The notes under the pieces were generated by a model. The model was not told the origin of the DNA and did no database searches. It saw nothing but the letters and a program-made list of their open reading frames with translations. From positions 1-31,723 of the forward strand of contig BTVJ01000088.1 in NCBI GenBank assembly GCA_045863395.1: 31,723 bases of DNA, in the 5' to 3' direction. This document shows positions 16,767-25,405 of this stretch, piece after piece. This stretch comes from Myxococcales bacterium. Its GTDB lineage: Bacteria > Myxococcota_A > UBA9042 > JABWCM01 > BTVJ01. The position numbers and the translations under genes were made by a program. Position 1 is the stretch's first letter. Every line of letters starts with the position of its first letter.

Positions 16767-18253
16767 CCCGCGCGCCCTGGGCCTTCCCCCTCATCGTCTT
16801 CCTGGCCACGCTCGCCTGGGCGCTGCGACCCATCTGGGACATCGACGTCTGGTGGCACATGGCGCTCGGGAGGCACATCCTGGCGCACGGCCTGCCGGAG
16901 ACCGACGTGCTCGGCGTCGTGCCGATGCCCTGGCGGACCTTCCAGGGCGGCTACGAGGTGTTTGTCGCGTGGCTCGACGGGGTGGGTGGCCTGGGGCTGG
17001 TGCGGCTCGTCCATGCGCTTGCCGTTGCGGGGGGCATGACGCTGCTCGGCGTGACCGCGCGCAAGGTGAGCGGCAGTACGGTCGTCGCGGTCGCTTTTCT
17101 CTGCATTGCGGTGGTGCTCTACGAGGACCGCGTGCGGGTCAGGCCCCACGTGTTCAACCTCCTGTTCATCGCGGCGCTGCTGCCCGTGGTGGTGGAGCAG
17201 CGCCGGCGGCTGTGGGAGCTCTGCTGGATCGGGCCGCTGATGGCGCTCTGGGGGGCGTTTCACGGCCCCGCGTCCCTGTGGGGCCTCGCGCTGCTCGGCA
17301 CGGTCGCTGTGGTGAAGCCCCTGGATTGGCGCGGGTGGGTGCAGGTCGCGGCGCCGGCGGGGGCCATGGCGCTGGTCCCGGGGGTGGTGGCGGGGATGCG
17401 CGGGGCGGCCCAGGTCCACACAACCGGGAGGATGCAGGAGCTGTTCGTGCCGGAGCACTGGCCGCTCCGTGCCTACCTGGACGCCGGCCTCGGCGCGCAC
17501 GGGGTGGTCGTGCCTGCGCTGGTGGTGGGGATCCTGCTCGCCGCAGCGGTGGTCTCGGGTCGGGCGCTGAGGGGGCTCGACGGGGAGCATCGTCACGATG
17601 GCGCGCTCGCGCCTCGGGGGACCTCCGCGCCCGAGAGCTTGACCCTGGCAGCGGCCGGTATGGGCCTGTTCTCCATCCTCATGGCGCGCTTCGCCTGGTT
17701 CTCGCTGATTCCGCTGTTGAAGACGCTGCGTGGAGCGCGGTTTGGTGGCCGCACAGCCTGGACCGCGCTGGTGCTCTGCGCGACGCTGGCCACCTGGGAC
17801 CTCTCCACCTACGTGCTGCCGCGGTGGCGCGATGTGGACCCGTGGACGACGGACGTCCAGCCCGGGGCGTTCCCCGAGGCCGCCGCCGAGGTGCTCGCGC
17901 GCGCCGGCATCGAGGGGCGGGTGTTCCCGGACAGCCAGTGGGGGGGGTATCTGCTGTGGAGGCTCCACCCAGGGGTGCGGGTCCTCACGGACGGGCGCAT
18001 CGCCTTCCCGGAGCGCGCCGGGGAGATGCTGCTCGACTTCCGCAGGAGCCACCGGGAGGCGCACCTGGACGAGGCCCACGCGCTGTGGGGCATCGACCTG
18101 GCCGTGATGCGGACCCCCGCGTTTGCGCCGGGGCGCCCACCCGCGCGGTGGGCGCTGCTGTGGGCCGACCCCGTCGCCGAGGTGTGGGCGCGCAAGGACG
18201 CCGCTCTCGCCGGGCGACGCCAGGCCGTGGCCGCGGCGTTCGACGACAGGTAG
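16763..18253 (+). CDS. Polytopic membrane protein, probable GT-C-fold glycosyltransferase-like
   Basis: GTG 16763 overlaps the BMC-T stop (GTGA). Many hydrophobic helices, with motifs DIDVWWHMALGRHIL, RVRPHVF, LWGAFHG, EHWP, QWGGYLLW, LTDGR. Confidence 0.75.
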   Translation: MTRAPWAFPLIVFLATLAWALRPIWDIDVWWHMALGRHILAHGLPETDVLGVVPMPWRTFQGGYEVFVAWLDGVGGLGLVRLVHALAVAGGMTLLGVTARKVSGSTVVAVAFLCIAVVLYEDRVRVRPHVFNLLFIAALLPVVVEQRRRLWELCWIGPLMALWGAFHGPASLWGLALLGTVAVVKPLDWRGWVQVAAPAGAMALVPGVVAGMRGAAQVHTTGRMQELFVPEHWPLRAYLDAGLGAHGVVVPALVVGILLAAAVVSGRALRGLDGEHRHDGALAPRGTSAPESLTLAAAGMGLFSILMARFAWFSLIPLLKTLRGARFGGRTAWTALVLCATLATWDLSTYVLPRWRDVDPWTTDVQPGAFPEAAAEVLARAGIEGRVFPDSQWGGYLLWRLHPGVRVLTDGRIAFPERAGEMLLDFRRSHREAHLDEAHALWGIDLAVMRTPAFAPGRPPARWALLWADPVAEVWARKDAALAGRRQAVAAAFDDR

Positions 18254-18355
18254 CCAGGTCCCCCATCATTTGCTTGCCCTCGCCGCGTTGTGGCACCCTT
18301 GCGCAGTTCCCCACCACCGCAAGGTCCCGCGCTCACGCGCAAGGAGGAGTCCCCC

Positions 18356-20212
18356 GTGAAGCTGCTCACATCGTTCGCCGTCGCCGCCGCCGTCGCGGCG
18401 GCAGCGCCCAACCCCGCCGCCGCCTGCGGGGGGTTCTTCTGCTCCAACCAGCCCATCGATCAAGCTGGCGAGAAGATCGTCTTCTCCGTCAACGGGAAGG
18501 CGGTGACCGCCGCCATCCAGATCCAGTTCGCCGGGAGCTCGGAGGAGTTCTCGTGGGTCCTGCCGCTGCCCTCTGCGCCCGAGCAGGAGGGCGGCATGGA
18601 GATCGGGACCGAGGAGCTGTTCACGCGGCTCCTCCAGACCACGAGCCCACAGTTCCAGGTCAATTGGGACCCGACGAGCGCATGCACGCCCTACTGGGGC
18701 AATGACTTCGCCGCGGGCGGGGGCGGAGGTGGCGTAGACGAAGACGGGGGGGTGCAGGTGCTCCAGACGAAGGAGGTCGGCCCCTACGACGCCTCCGTGG
18801 TCAAGTCGGACGACCCCGAGGCGCTCACCAAGTGGCTGTCGGCCAACGGCTACGACCAGCCGGACATCGCCAAGCCGCTCATCGCCCACTACGTGGCGCA
18901 GGGCAACGTGTTCCTGGCGCTCAAGCTCCAGCAGGACAAGGGCGCGGGCGACATCGCCCCCATCGTCGTGAAGTTCCAGTCCGACGACGGCGCCTGCGTC
19001 CCGCTGATCCTCACGCAGATCGCGGCGCAGGCGGACATGCCTGTCTACGCGTGGATCCTGGATGCCGGGCGCACCGTGCCGAAGAACTTCTTCCACGTCG
19101 TGCTGAACCTGGCACACATCGACTGGCTGGGCGTCGGCTGGCAGGGCGCCGCGTCGAACTACACCGACGTCGTGACCAAGGCGGTCAACGAGGCGGAGGG
19201 GCACGGCTTCGTCACGGACTTCGCGGGGCCGAGCGACCTGATGAAGGAGCAGCTCTGGTGGCCGGGGCGCTTCGACCAGATCGACACGCTGCTCACCAAG
19301 ACCGAGCCGGCGGAGTTCTACAACGCCATGCTCATGGTGGGGATCCCGGTCAATGCGCAGACGCAGGCGCTGATCCGCAAGCACATCCCCACGCCCCCCG
19401 GCTGGGACAAGTCGGACCAGGAGTTCTACTGCTGCCTCGACCAGTACAAGAGCTACCTCGACACCCTGCCCTTCGACGCCGCGGCCTTCGTGCACGACCT
19501 GAAGAAGGTGGTGGTGGAGCCGGCCAAGGCGGCGCAGGAGCTGCTCGACAGCCGGCCGTACCTCACGCGGCTGTTCACGACGGTGTCGCCCGACGAGATG
19601 GACCGGGACCCCATCTTCCTCGTGGACACGGAGCTGCCCGACGTGCCCGTGCTGCGGACCGCCCTCGGCGTGGCCCAGTGCAGCGAGGGCGGCAAGATCG
19701 AGTCCGTGGTGCTCACGCTGCCGGACGGTCAGATCGTGGAGTATGCGGGCCCCTTCGATCCGTGGGGCCCGACCCCCGGGGCGGCCGATGGGCAGAGCGG
19801 GGGTGGCAGCGTCGGTGAGCAGCCCTACGCGGCGGAGATCCAGGCCTATGACTCTGAGGCGAAGGCGCTCCTGAACATCCCGTTCGACGAGGTCCCCCTG
19901 CGTGACCAGGAGCTCGGCATCCTCGGCGGCATCGCCGGCGGCATGGGAGGCTCCGGTGGAGGCGGTGCGGACGCTGGCGGTGCGGGCGGTGCGGGCGGCT
20001 CAGGAGACGCAGCCGGCGGTGCGGGTGGAGCCGGTGGGGGCGCCGGGGGCGGCGGCACGGGCTCCGGCGACGCCGGCTCATCGAGCGGTAGCGGCTGCCA
20101 GACGCAGAGCTCCGGGTCCGCCGCGGGTGCTGCGGGGATGCTCCTGCTCCTCGGGCTCGCCGCCCGGCGCAGGCGCGTCAGCGTACAGGCGCGCTCCGAG
20201 GACCGCGGCTGA
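18356..20212 (+). CDS. DUF2330 domain protein with Gly-rich linker and MYXO-CTERM sorting signal
   Basis: Strong RBS AAGGAGGAG (18341-18349) before GTG 18356. Signal peptide followed by ACGGFFC, FSWVLPLPS, WLSANGY, YLTRLFT. C-terminal SSSGSGC...MLLLLGLAARRRR. Confidence 0.9.
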   Translation: MKLLTSFAVAAAVAAAAPNPAAACGGFFCSNQPIDQAGEKIVFSVNGKAVTAAIQIQFAGSSEEFSWVLPLPSAPEQEGGMEIGTEELFTRLLQTTSPQFQVNWDPTSACTPYWGNDFAAGGGGGGVDEDGGVQVLQTKEVGPYDASVVKSDDPEALTKWLSANGYDQPDIAKPLIAHYVAQGNVFLALKLQQDKGAGDIAPIVVKFQSDDGACVPLILTQIAAQADMPVYAWILDAGRTVPKNFFHVVLNLAHIDWLGVGWQGAASNYTDVVTKAVNEAEGHGFVTDFAGPSDLMKEQLWWPGRFDQIDTLLTKTEPAEFYNAMLMVGIPVNAQTQALIRKHIPTPPGWDKSDQEFYCCLDQYKSYLDTLPFDAAAFVHDLKKVVVEPAKAAQELLDSRPYLTRLFTTVSPDEMDRDPIFLVDTELPDVPVLRTALGVAQCSEGGKIESVVLTLPDGQIVEYAGPFDPWGPTPGAADGQSGGGSVGEQPYAAEIQAYDSEAKALLNIPFDEVPLRDQELGILGGIAGGMGGSGGGGADAGGAGGAGGSGDAAGGAGGAGGGAGGGGTGSGDAGSSSGSGCQTQSSGSAAGAAGMLLLLGLAARRRRVSVQARSEDRG

Positions 20213-20230
20213 CCAACCATCCGGGGGCGA

Positions 20231-23200
20231 TCACAGGGGGACGTGCTCGCAGTCACCGGTGCTCGGGTTGCACAGGTCGAGGGTGAGCGGGTTCGCGTCA
20301 TCGCAGTTGATCGGGTCCGCCTCGCAGCCCTGCCCCTCCACATTGCAGAAGTCGACCGTGCACGGGTCGCCGTCGTCGCACACGACGGGCTCGAAGAAGC
20401 ACTCCTCCTCCTGGGCATCGCACGAGTCCAAGGTGCAAGGGTTCCCGTCGTCGCAGAAGGGGATGCCCGTACACAGGCCTGCGCTGCAGAAGTCCTGATA
20501 GGTACAGTCGTCCCCGTCGTCGCAGGAGATGGAGACGAAGGCCGGGCAGGACGCACAGGACCCGGCACAGGTCGTCTGGGCGCTCCCGGCGCAGAGATCG
20601 TCCCACAGGACGTCGCAGCAGAAGGAGTCGAGGGCGCAGACGCAGGCCTCGCAGCCCGGGTCTCCGCACCCCTGGCCGCCCGGGCCCTCACCAAAGCGCC
20701 CCGTGCAACAGTCGAGGCCTGCGCAGACGGAGCACTCGGACGGACAGTCGGCGTAGACCTCGTCCACACAGATCTCGTCCCACATGATCTGGCAGCAGAA
20801 CGAGTCCAGACCGCAGATGCAGGCCTCACAGGCGGGCTCTTCACAGCCCGTGCTGAAGTGGACCGAACAGCAGGAGCTGGCGGGGTTGTCGGGGATGGGG
20901 ACCCCGACGCAGCCGACGAACGCGATGCACTCATCGGTGGTGCAGGGGCTCCCGTCATCGCACACCGCCGGCTCCGTGTCACAGCCGTCGCCCTGCTCGG
21001 TGCAGAAGTCGTCGGTGCAGGGGTCGCCGTCGTCACACTCGAAGGTCGGGTTGAAGCAGTCTCCCGTCTGGGAGTCGCAGAGATCGTGCGTGCAGGGGTC
21101 CTCGTCGAAGCACGACTCCTGGTGGCCCGCACAGACTCCGTCCACACAGCGGTCGTCGAAGGTGCATGGGTTGCCGTCGTCGCACGGGATCACCTCGAAG
21201 GCCGGGCAGCCTGGGCAGGCGGCGCCGCAGGTCGTCTGCGCCGTCACCGCGCAGGCGTCCGACCAGTCGAAGGCGCAGTCCGGGAGCACTGCGGTGACGC
21301 AGGATGCGCAAGTCGGATTCCCGCACAGCGGCACCTGTGAGAAGTTGCCCGTGCCGACGCAGCAGTCGAGGCCCGCGCACTCGGAGCAGGATGACGCGCA
21401 CTCGGTGTAGACCTCCACATGGCAGATCTCGTCCCAATAGACATCGCAGCAGAACGGGTCGAGGGCGCAGATGCAGCCCTCGCAGGCGGCACCCTCACAC
21501 CCTGCGGATTCGTGCACCATGCAGCAGTCGCTGGCGGGGTTCGCGCCCAAGGGGGATGAGGAGCACCCGGTCTGCGGATCGCAGGAGTCCGCGGAGCAGG
21601 AGTTGCCGTCGTCACAGTCGAGCGGCAGGTTCACGCAGCCCTCACCAGGGGCGCAGGAGTCCGTCGTACAGGCATCGCCGTCATCGCAGGACGAAGGCGT
21701 GTTCGCACAACCGCTGCCGGGGAGACAGGCGTCGTCCGTGCAGGGGTTGTCGTCGTCGCAGTCCACAGGCGCGGTCGAGCAGCCAATGTCGTCCCCAGAG
21801 ATGCAGGAGTCTGTCGTGCAGGCGTCACCGTCGTTGCACACGACGGACGGGTTGTCGCAGTCCGCGATCAGCGGGTCGCAGAGGTCGTCCGTGCAGACGT
21901 CGCCGTCGTCACAGTCGAGCGGCTCGCTGAGGCAGCCGACTCCGTCGCCACTGATGCACGAGTCCACGGTGCAGGGGTCACCGTCGTCGCACTGCACTGG
22001 GGTCCCGATGCACTGGCCCGTCCCTGGGTCGCACGCGTCGTCGGTGCACACATCGCCGTCGTCGCACTCCAGCGGAGCGCTCAGGCAGGCTCCCGTCTGG
22101 GTATCGCACGAGTCGATGGTGCAGGGGTCACCGTCGTCGCAGGGGGCCGGCGTGTTGACGCATGCGCCCGTCTGCGGGTCGCAGAGATCCGTCGTGCACG
22201 CGTTGCCGTCGTCGCAACTGAAGGACTCGTTGGTGCAACCGCCCCCCTCCAGGCAGAGGTCGTCGGTGCAGGGGTCGCCGTCGTCGCAGTCGAAGGGCAC
22301 GCTCTCACACTCGCCGGTCTGTGGGCTGCACACGTCTGCGGTGCACGGGTCCTCGTCGAAACAGGTGACGGGAGTGCCGACGCAGGACCCATTGACACAC
22401 GCGTCGTCCAGCGTGCAGGGGTTGCCGTCGTCACAGAGGGTCTGGATGAAGCCCGGACAGGCCGGACACGCAGACGCACAGGTCGTCTGCGCCAGGGACG
22501 CACACTCGTCCGACCAGAAGAGCGAGCACTCCGGGAGCTCGGCGGCGACGCACGTCGCGCACACCTGGTCTCCGCAGGTACCTTGCCCCTCGAAGCCGCC
22601 GATGCCGACACAGCAGTCGAGACCAGCGCACTGAGCGCAGGCCTGCGGACAGTCTGAGTAGACCTCGGCGAGACAGAGCGAGTCCCAGGAGACGTCGCAG
22701 CAGAACGGGTCGAGGCCGCAGATGCAGTCCTCGCAGGGGCTGTCGTCGCACCCGGGCGCGCCATGCACGGAGCAGCAGTCGCTCGTCGGGTTCACTCCCA
22801 GCGGTGCGGACTCGCAGCCGGTCTGCGGATCGCAGGAGTCCGCAGTACAGGCGACGCCGTCGTCGCAGTCGAGGGGCGTCGCGGAGCACCCGACACCGTC
22901 GCCCGAGATGCAGGTGTCGGTCGTACAGGCGTCACCGTCGTCGCAGCCCGTCGGCACATTGGCGCAGGCGCCGGCCTGCGGGTCGCACGAGTCATCGGTG
23001 CAGACGTCTCCGTCGTCGCAGTCGAGGGGCTCGGCCGTGCAGCCGACGCCGGAGACGCAGGCGTCCGTGGTGCAGGGATCGCCGTCATCGCAGGTGACCG
23101 GTGGGTTGTCGCAGTCCTCGATCTGCGGGTCGCACACGTCGTCGGTGCACACGTCGCCGTCTTCACAGTTCAGCGGGCTGCTCACACATCCCACGCCATC

Positions 23201-25396
23201 GTCAGAGCTGCACGTGTCGATGGTGCAGGGGTCTCCATCATCGCACGACACTGGCTGGTTGAGACAGAGTCCCGTCTGCGGGTCGCAGAGATCGTTGGTG
23301 CACACGTCGTCGTCGTCGCAGTCCGCGGCGACGTTCTGGCAGGCGCCGGACTGCGGGTCGCAGGAGTCTGCCGTGCACGGATCCTGGTCGTCGCAGTCCG
23401 TCGGTGCGCTGGAGCACTCTCCCGTCTGGGGGTCGCAGGTGTCCGCCGTGCAGGCATCCCCGTCGTCGCAGTCCGCGGCGACGCTCTGGCAGGCGCCGGA
23501 CTGCGGGTCGCAGGAGTCTGCCGTGCACGCGTCCTGGTCGTCGCAGTCGATGGGCACGTTCGAGCAATCTCCCGTTTGCGGGCTGCACGCGTCGGTCGTG
23601 CACGCGACTCCGTCGTCGCAGGTCACGGCCACTGTGGTGCACTCTCCCGTCTGGGGATCGCAGGAGTCCGTCGTGCACGGGTCGCCGTCGTCACACACCA
23701 CGGGCACGTTGACGCACTGGCCGGACTGCTGATTGCATGTGTCCGTCGTACACGGGTCACCGTCATCGCAGCTCAGCGGGACGTTCCCGCACGTGCCCGT
23801 CTGCGGGTCGCAGGCGTCCGTCGTGCACAGCACCTCGTCGTCACAGTCCACCGGCGCGTTGGCGCACAGGCCGGTCTGCGGGTCGCAGGTGTCCGTCGTG
23901 CACGCGTCGCCGTCATCGCAGCTCACTGGAGCCGCGCCGCAGTCTCCTGTCTGCGAGTCACAGGCATCCGTCGTGCAGGCGTCGCCATCGTCGCACAGGA
24001 CTGCGACGCTGGTACATTGGCCGGTCTGCGGGTCGCACGCGTCCGTCGTGCAGGCGTCCCCGTCGTCGCAGGTCTCCGGGGCGCTCGTGCACACGCCGGT
24101 CTGTGGGTCGCAGGTGTCCTTCGTGCACGCGTCTCCGTCGTTGCAGGGCGCAGCAACGTTCGTGCACTGACCCGACTGCGGATCACAGGCGTCCGTGGTG
24201 CAGGCGTCGCCGTCATCGCAGCTCAGCGCGAGGCTTGTGCACTGACCCGTCGCGGGATCACAGGCGTCCGTCGTGCACGGGTCGCCGTCGTCACAGACCA
24301 CGGCGACATTCCCGCACTCCCCGGTCTGGGGGTCGCAGGAGTCCGTCGTGCAGGCGTCGCCGTCGTCGCACGACTTCGCGACGGCGGCACACCCCGCGGC
24401 CGGGTCGCAGGAGTCGTCCGTGCAGGGATTGGCGTCGTCACATGCGACGGCGTCGTGGGTGCAGCCCGTGGCGGGGACGCAGCCGTCATTGGTACAGGCG
24501 TCGCCGTCGTCGCAGCTCGTCTGCGTCGAGGCGCAGCCGGTCGCCGGGTCACAGGCGTCGTCGGTGCACGCGTTGGAGTCGTCGCACGAGACGGGTGCGT
24601 GGGCGCAGCCCGTCGCAGCCTCGCAGGTGTCGGCGGTGCAGGCGTCGGCGTCGTCGCAGTCTGCAGCCGCGCCGCTCTGGCACTGGCCGCTCTGGCAGGC
24701 GTCACCGGCGGTGCAGGCGTCGCCGTCGTCGCAGGGGTCGCCGTCCTTCGGCGCGTCGGACGGAAGCACGCACTCGCCCGCAGCGGGTCCCGTGCCACAC
24801 GTCCCCGCGGCGGAGCAGGGCCCGTCGGCACCACAGGTCGCGTCCGCCCCCAGGAACCCCGTCACACAGCCCAGGTCGGGGCCGCCTGACCCGGGACACT
24901 GCGCCGCGGAGTCCGGGCACACCGCGAAGTCGTGGAAGGCCGGGTCGAAGGGCTGACCGGGCTCTGGCGCACGGCACGGGCGGCAGGCCGCCGTGTTGGA
25001 GATGCAGTCCGCGCTCCAGGTGGGGTGCTCCGAGATGGACGACTGCTGCCGGCAGACGACCGCTCCCCCGTCCTCGACACACACGCCGCAGGGCACGCCC
25101 CCGTCCTCGTCGATGCAGAAGTGCCCGATGCGGTCCGTGGGCGAGCCCTCCTTGCACTCCTGGGAGTGCTCGGTGCAGATGGCCACACGGCACGAGAAGG
25201 GGTTGATCCCGAGCACCTTCGCGCACTCGGCGGACGGGGCCCCGCCCGAGGGGCGGCAGACGCCGACGTCGAAGCCCGACTCTACGCAACTGGCGAGCAG
25301 AAGCATGGCGCCCGAGACCCAAAGTGCAGCATCGCGGGGCCCGCACCCGCTTCGCGCACGGCCTGACTGGCGCGTGGAGACAATCCCGCTCATCAC
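20231..25396 (-). CDS. Giant (1721 aa) Cys/Asp-rich repeat surface lipoprotein
   Basis: RBS AGGAGAG upstream and lipobox MLLLAS-C. A unique Cys-rich N-terminal region is followed by dozens of 24-25 aa CDDGDxCTxDxCDPQTGxC repeats and three copies of a CC..H..GC....CE.CIC.LDxFCC..WD..C module. Confidence 0.9.
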   Translation of the reverse strand: MMSGIVSTRQSGRARSGCGPRDAALWVSGAMLLLASCVESGFDVGVCRPSGGAPSAECAKVLGINPFSCRVAICTEHSQECKEGSPTDRIGHFCIDEDGGVPCGVCVEDGGAVVCRQQSSISEHPTWSADCISNTAACRPCRAPEPGQPFDPAFHDFAVCPDSAAQCPGSGGPDLGCVTGFLGADATCGADGPCSAAGTCGTGPAAGECVLPSDAPKDGDPCDDGDACTAGDACQSGQCQSGAAADCDDADACTADTCEAATGCAHAPVSCDDSNACTDDACDPATGCASTQTSCDDGDACTNDGCVPATGCTHDAVACDDANPCTDDSCDPAAGCAAVAKSCDDGDACTTDSCDPQTGECGNVAVVCDDGDPCTTDACDPATGQCTSLALSCDDGDACTTDACDPQSGQCTNVAAPCNDGDACTKDTCDPQTGVCTSAPETCDDGDACTTDACDPQTGQCTSVAVLCDDGDACTTDACDSQTGDCGAAPVSCDDGDACTTDTCDPQTGLCANAPVDCDDEVLCTTDACDPQTGTCGNVPLSCDDGDPCTTDTCNQQSGQCVNVPVVCDDGDPCTTDSCDPQTGECTTVAVTCDDGVACTTDACSPQTGDCSNVPIDCDDQDACTADSCDPQSGACQSVAADCDDGDACTADTCDPQTGECSSAPTDCDDQDPCTADSCDPQSGACQNVAADCDDDDVCTNDLCDPQTGLCLNQPVSCDDGDPCTIDTCSSDDGVGCVSSPLNCEDGDVCTDDVCDPQIEDCDNPPVTCDDGDPCTTDACVSGVGCTAEPLDCDDGDVCTDDSCDPQAGACANVPTGCDDGDACTTDTCISGDGVGCSATPLDCDDGVACTADSCDPQTGCESAPLGVNPTSDCCSVHGAPGCDDSPCEDCICGLDPFCCDVSWDSLCLAEVYSDCPQACAQCAGLDCCVGIGGFEGQGTCGDQVCATCVAAELPECSLFWSDECASLAQTTCASACPACPGFIQTLCDDGNPCTLDDACVNGSCVGTPVTCFDEDPCTADVCSPQTGECESVPFDCDDGDPCTDDLCLEGGGCTNESFSCDDGNACTTDLCDPQTGACVNTPAPCDDGDPCTIDSCDTQTGACLSAPLECDDGDVCTDDACDPGTGQCIGTPVQCDDGDPCTVDSCISGDGVGCLSEPLDCDDGDVCTDDLCDPLIADCDNPSVVCNDGDACTTDSCISGDDIGCSTAPVDCDDDNPCTDDACLPGSGCANTPSSCDDGDACTTDSCAPGEGCVNLPLDCDDGNSCSADSCDPQTGCSSSPLGANPASDCCMVHESAGCEGAACEGCICALDPFCCDVYWDEICHVEVYTECASSCSECAGLDCCVGTGNFSQVPLCGNPTCASCVTAVLPDCAFDWSDACAVTAQTTCGAACPGCPAFEVIPCDDGNPCTFDDRCVDGVCAGHQESCFDEDPCTHDLCDSQTGDCFNPTFECDDGDPCTDDFCTEQGDGCDTEPAVCDDGSPCTTDECIAFVGCVGVPIPDNPASSCCSVHFSTGCEEPACEACICGLDSFCCQIMWDEICVDEVYADCPSECSVCAGLDCCTGRFGEGPGGQGCGDPGCEACVCALDSFCCDVLWDDLCAGSAQTTCAGSCASCPAFVSISCDDGDDCTYQDFCSAGLCTGIPFCDDGNPCTLDSCDAQEEECFFEPVVCDDGDPCTVDFCNVEGQGCEADPINCDDANPLTLDLCNPSTGDCEHVPL
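20240..24740 (-). repeat. Coding tandem repeat array (72-75 bp period) with higher-order modules
   Basis: Recurring plus-strand core gtgca(g/c)g..gtcgccgtcgtcgca. An 88-bp near-identical pair lies at 23311-23398 and 23461-23548. Confidence 0.9.
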
Positions 25397-25405
25397 ACTC
25401 TCCTG

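Noticed and set aside
18291..18305. TGGCAC...GCGCA as a sigma54 promoter for the DUF2330 gene
   Set aside because: GG-to-GC spacing is 9 rather than the strictly required 10.
20240..24740. Regularly spaced DNA repeats resembling a CRISPR array
   Set aside because: The repeats are degenerate at third codon positions, keep frame within a long ORF and encode CDDG units; no cas genes are present.
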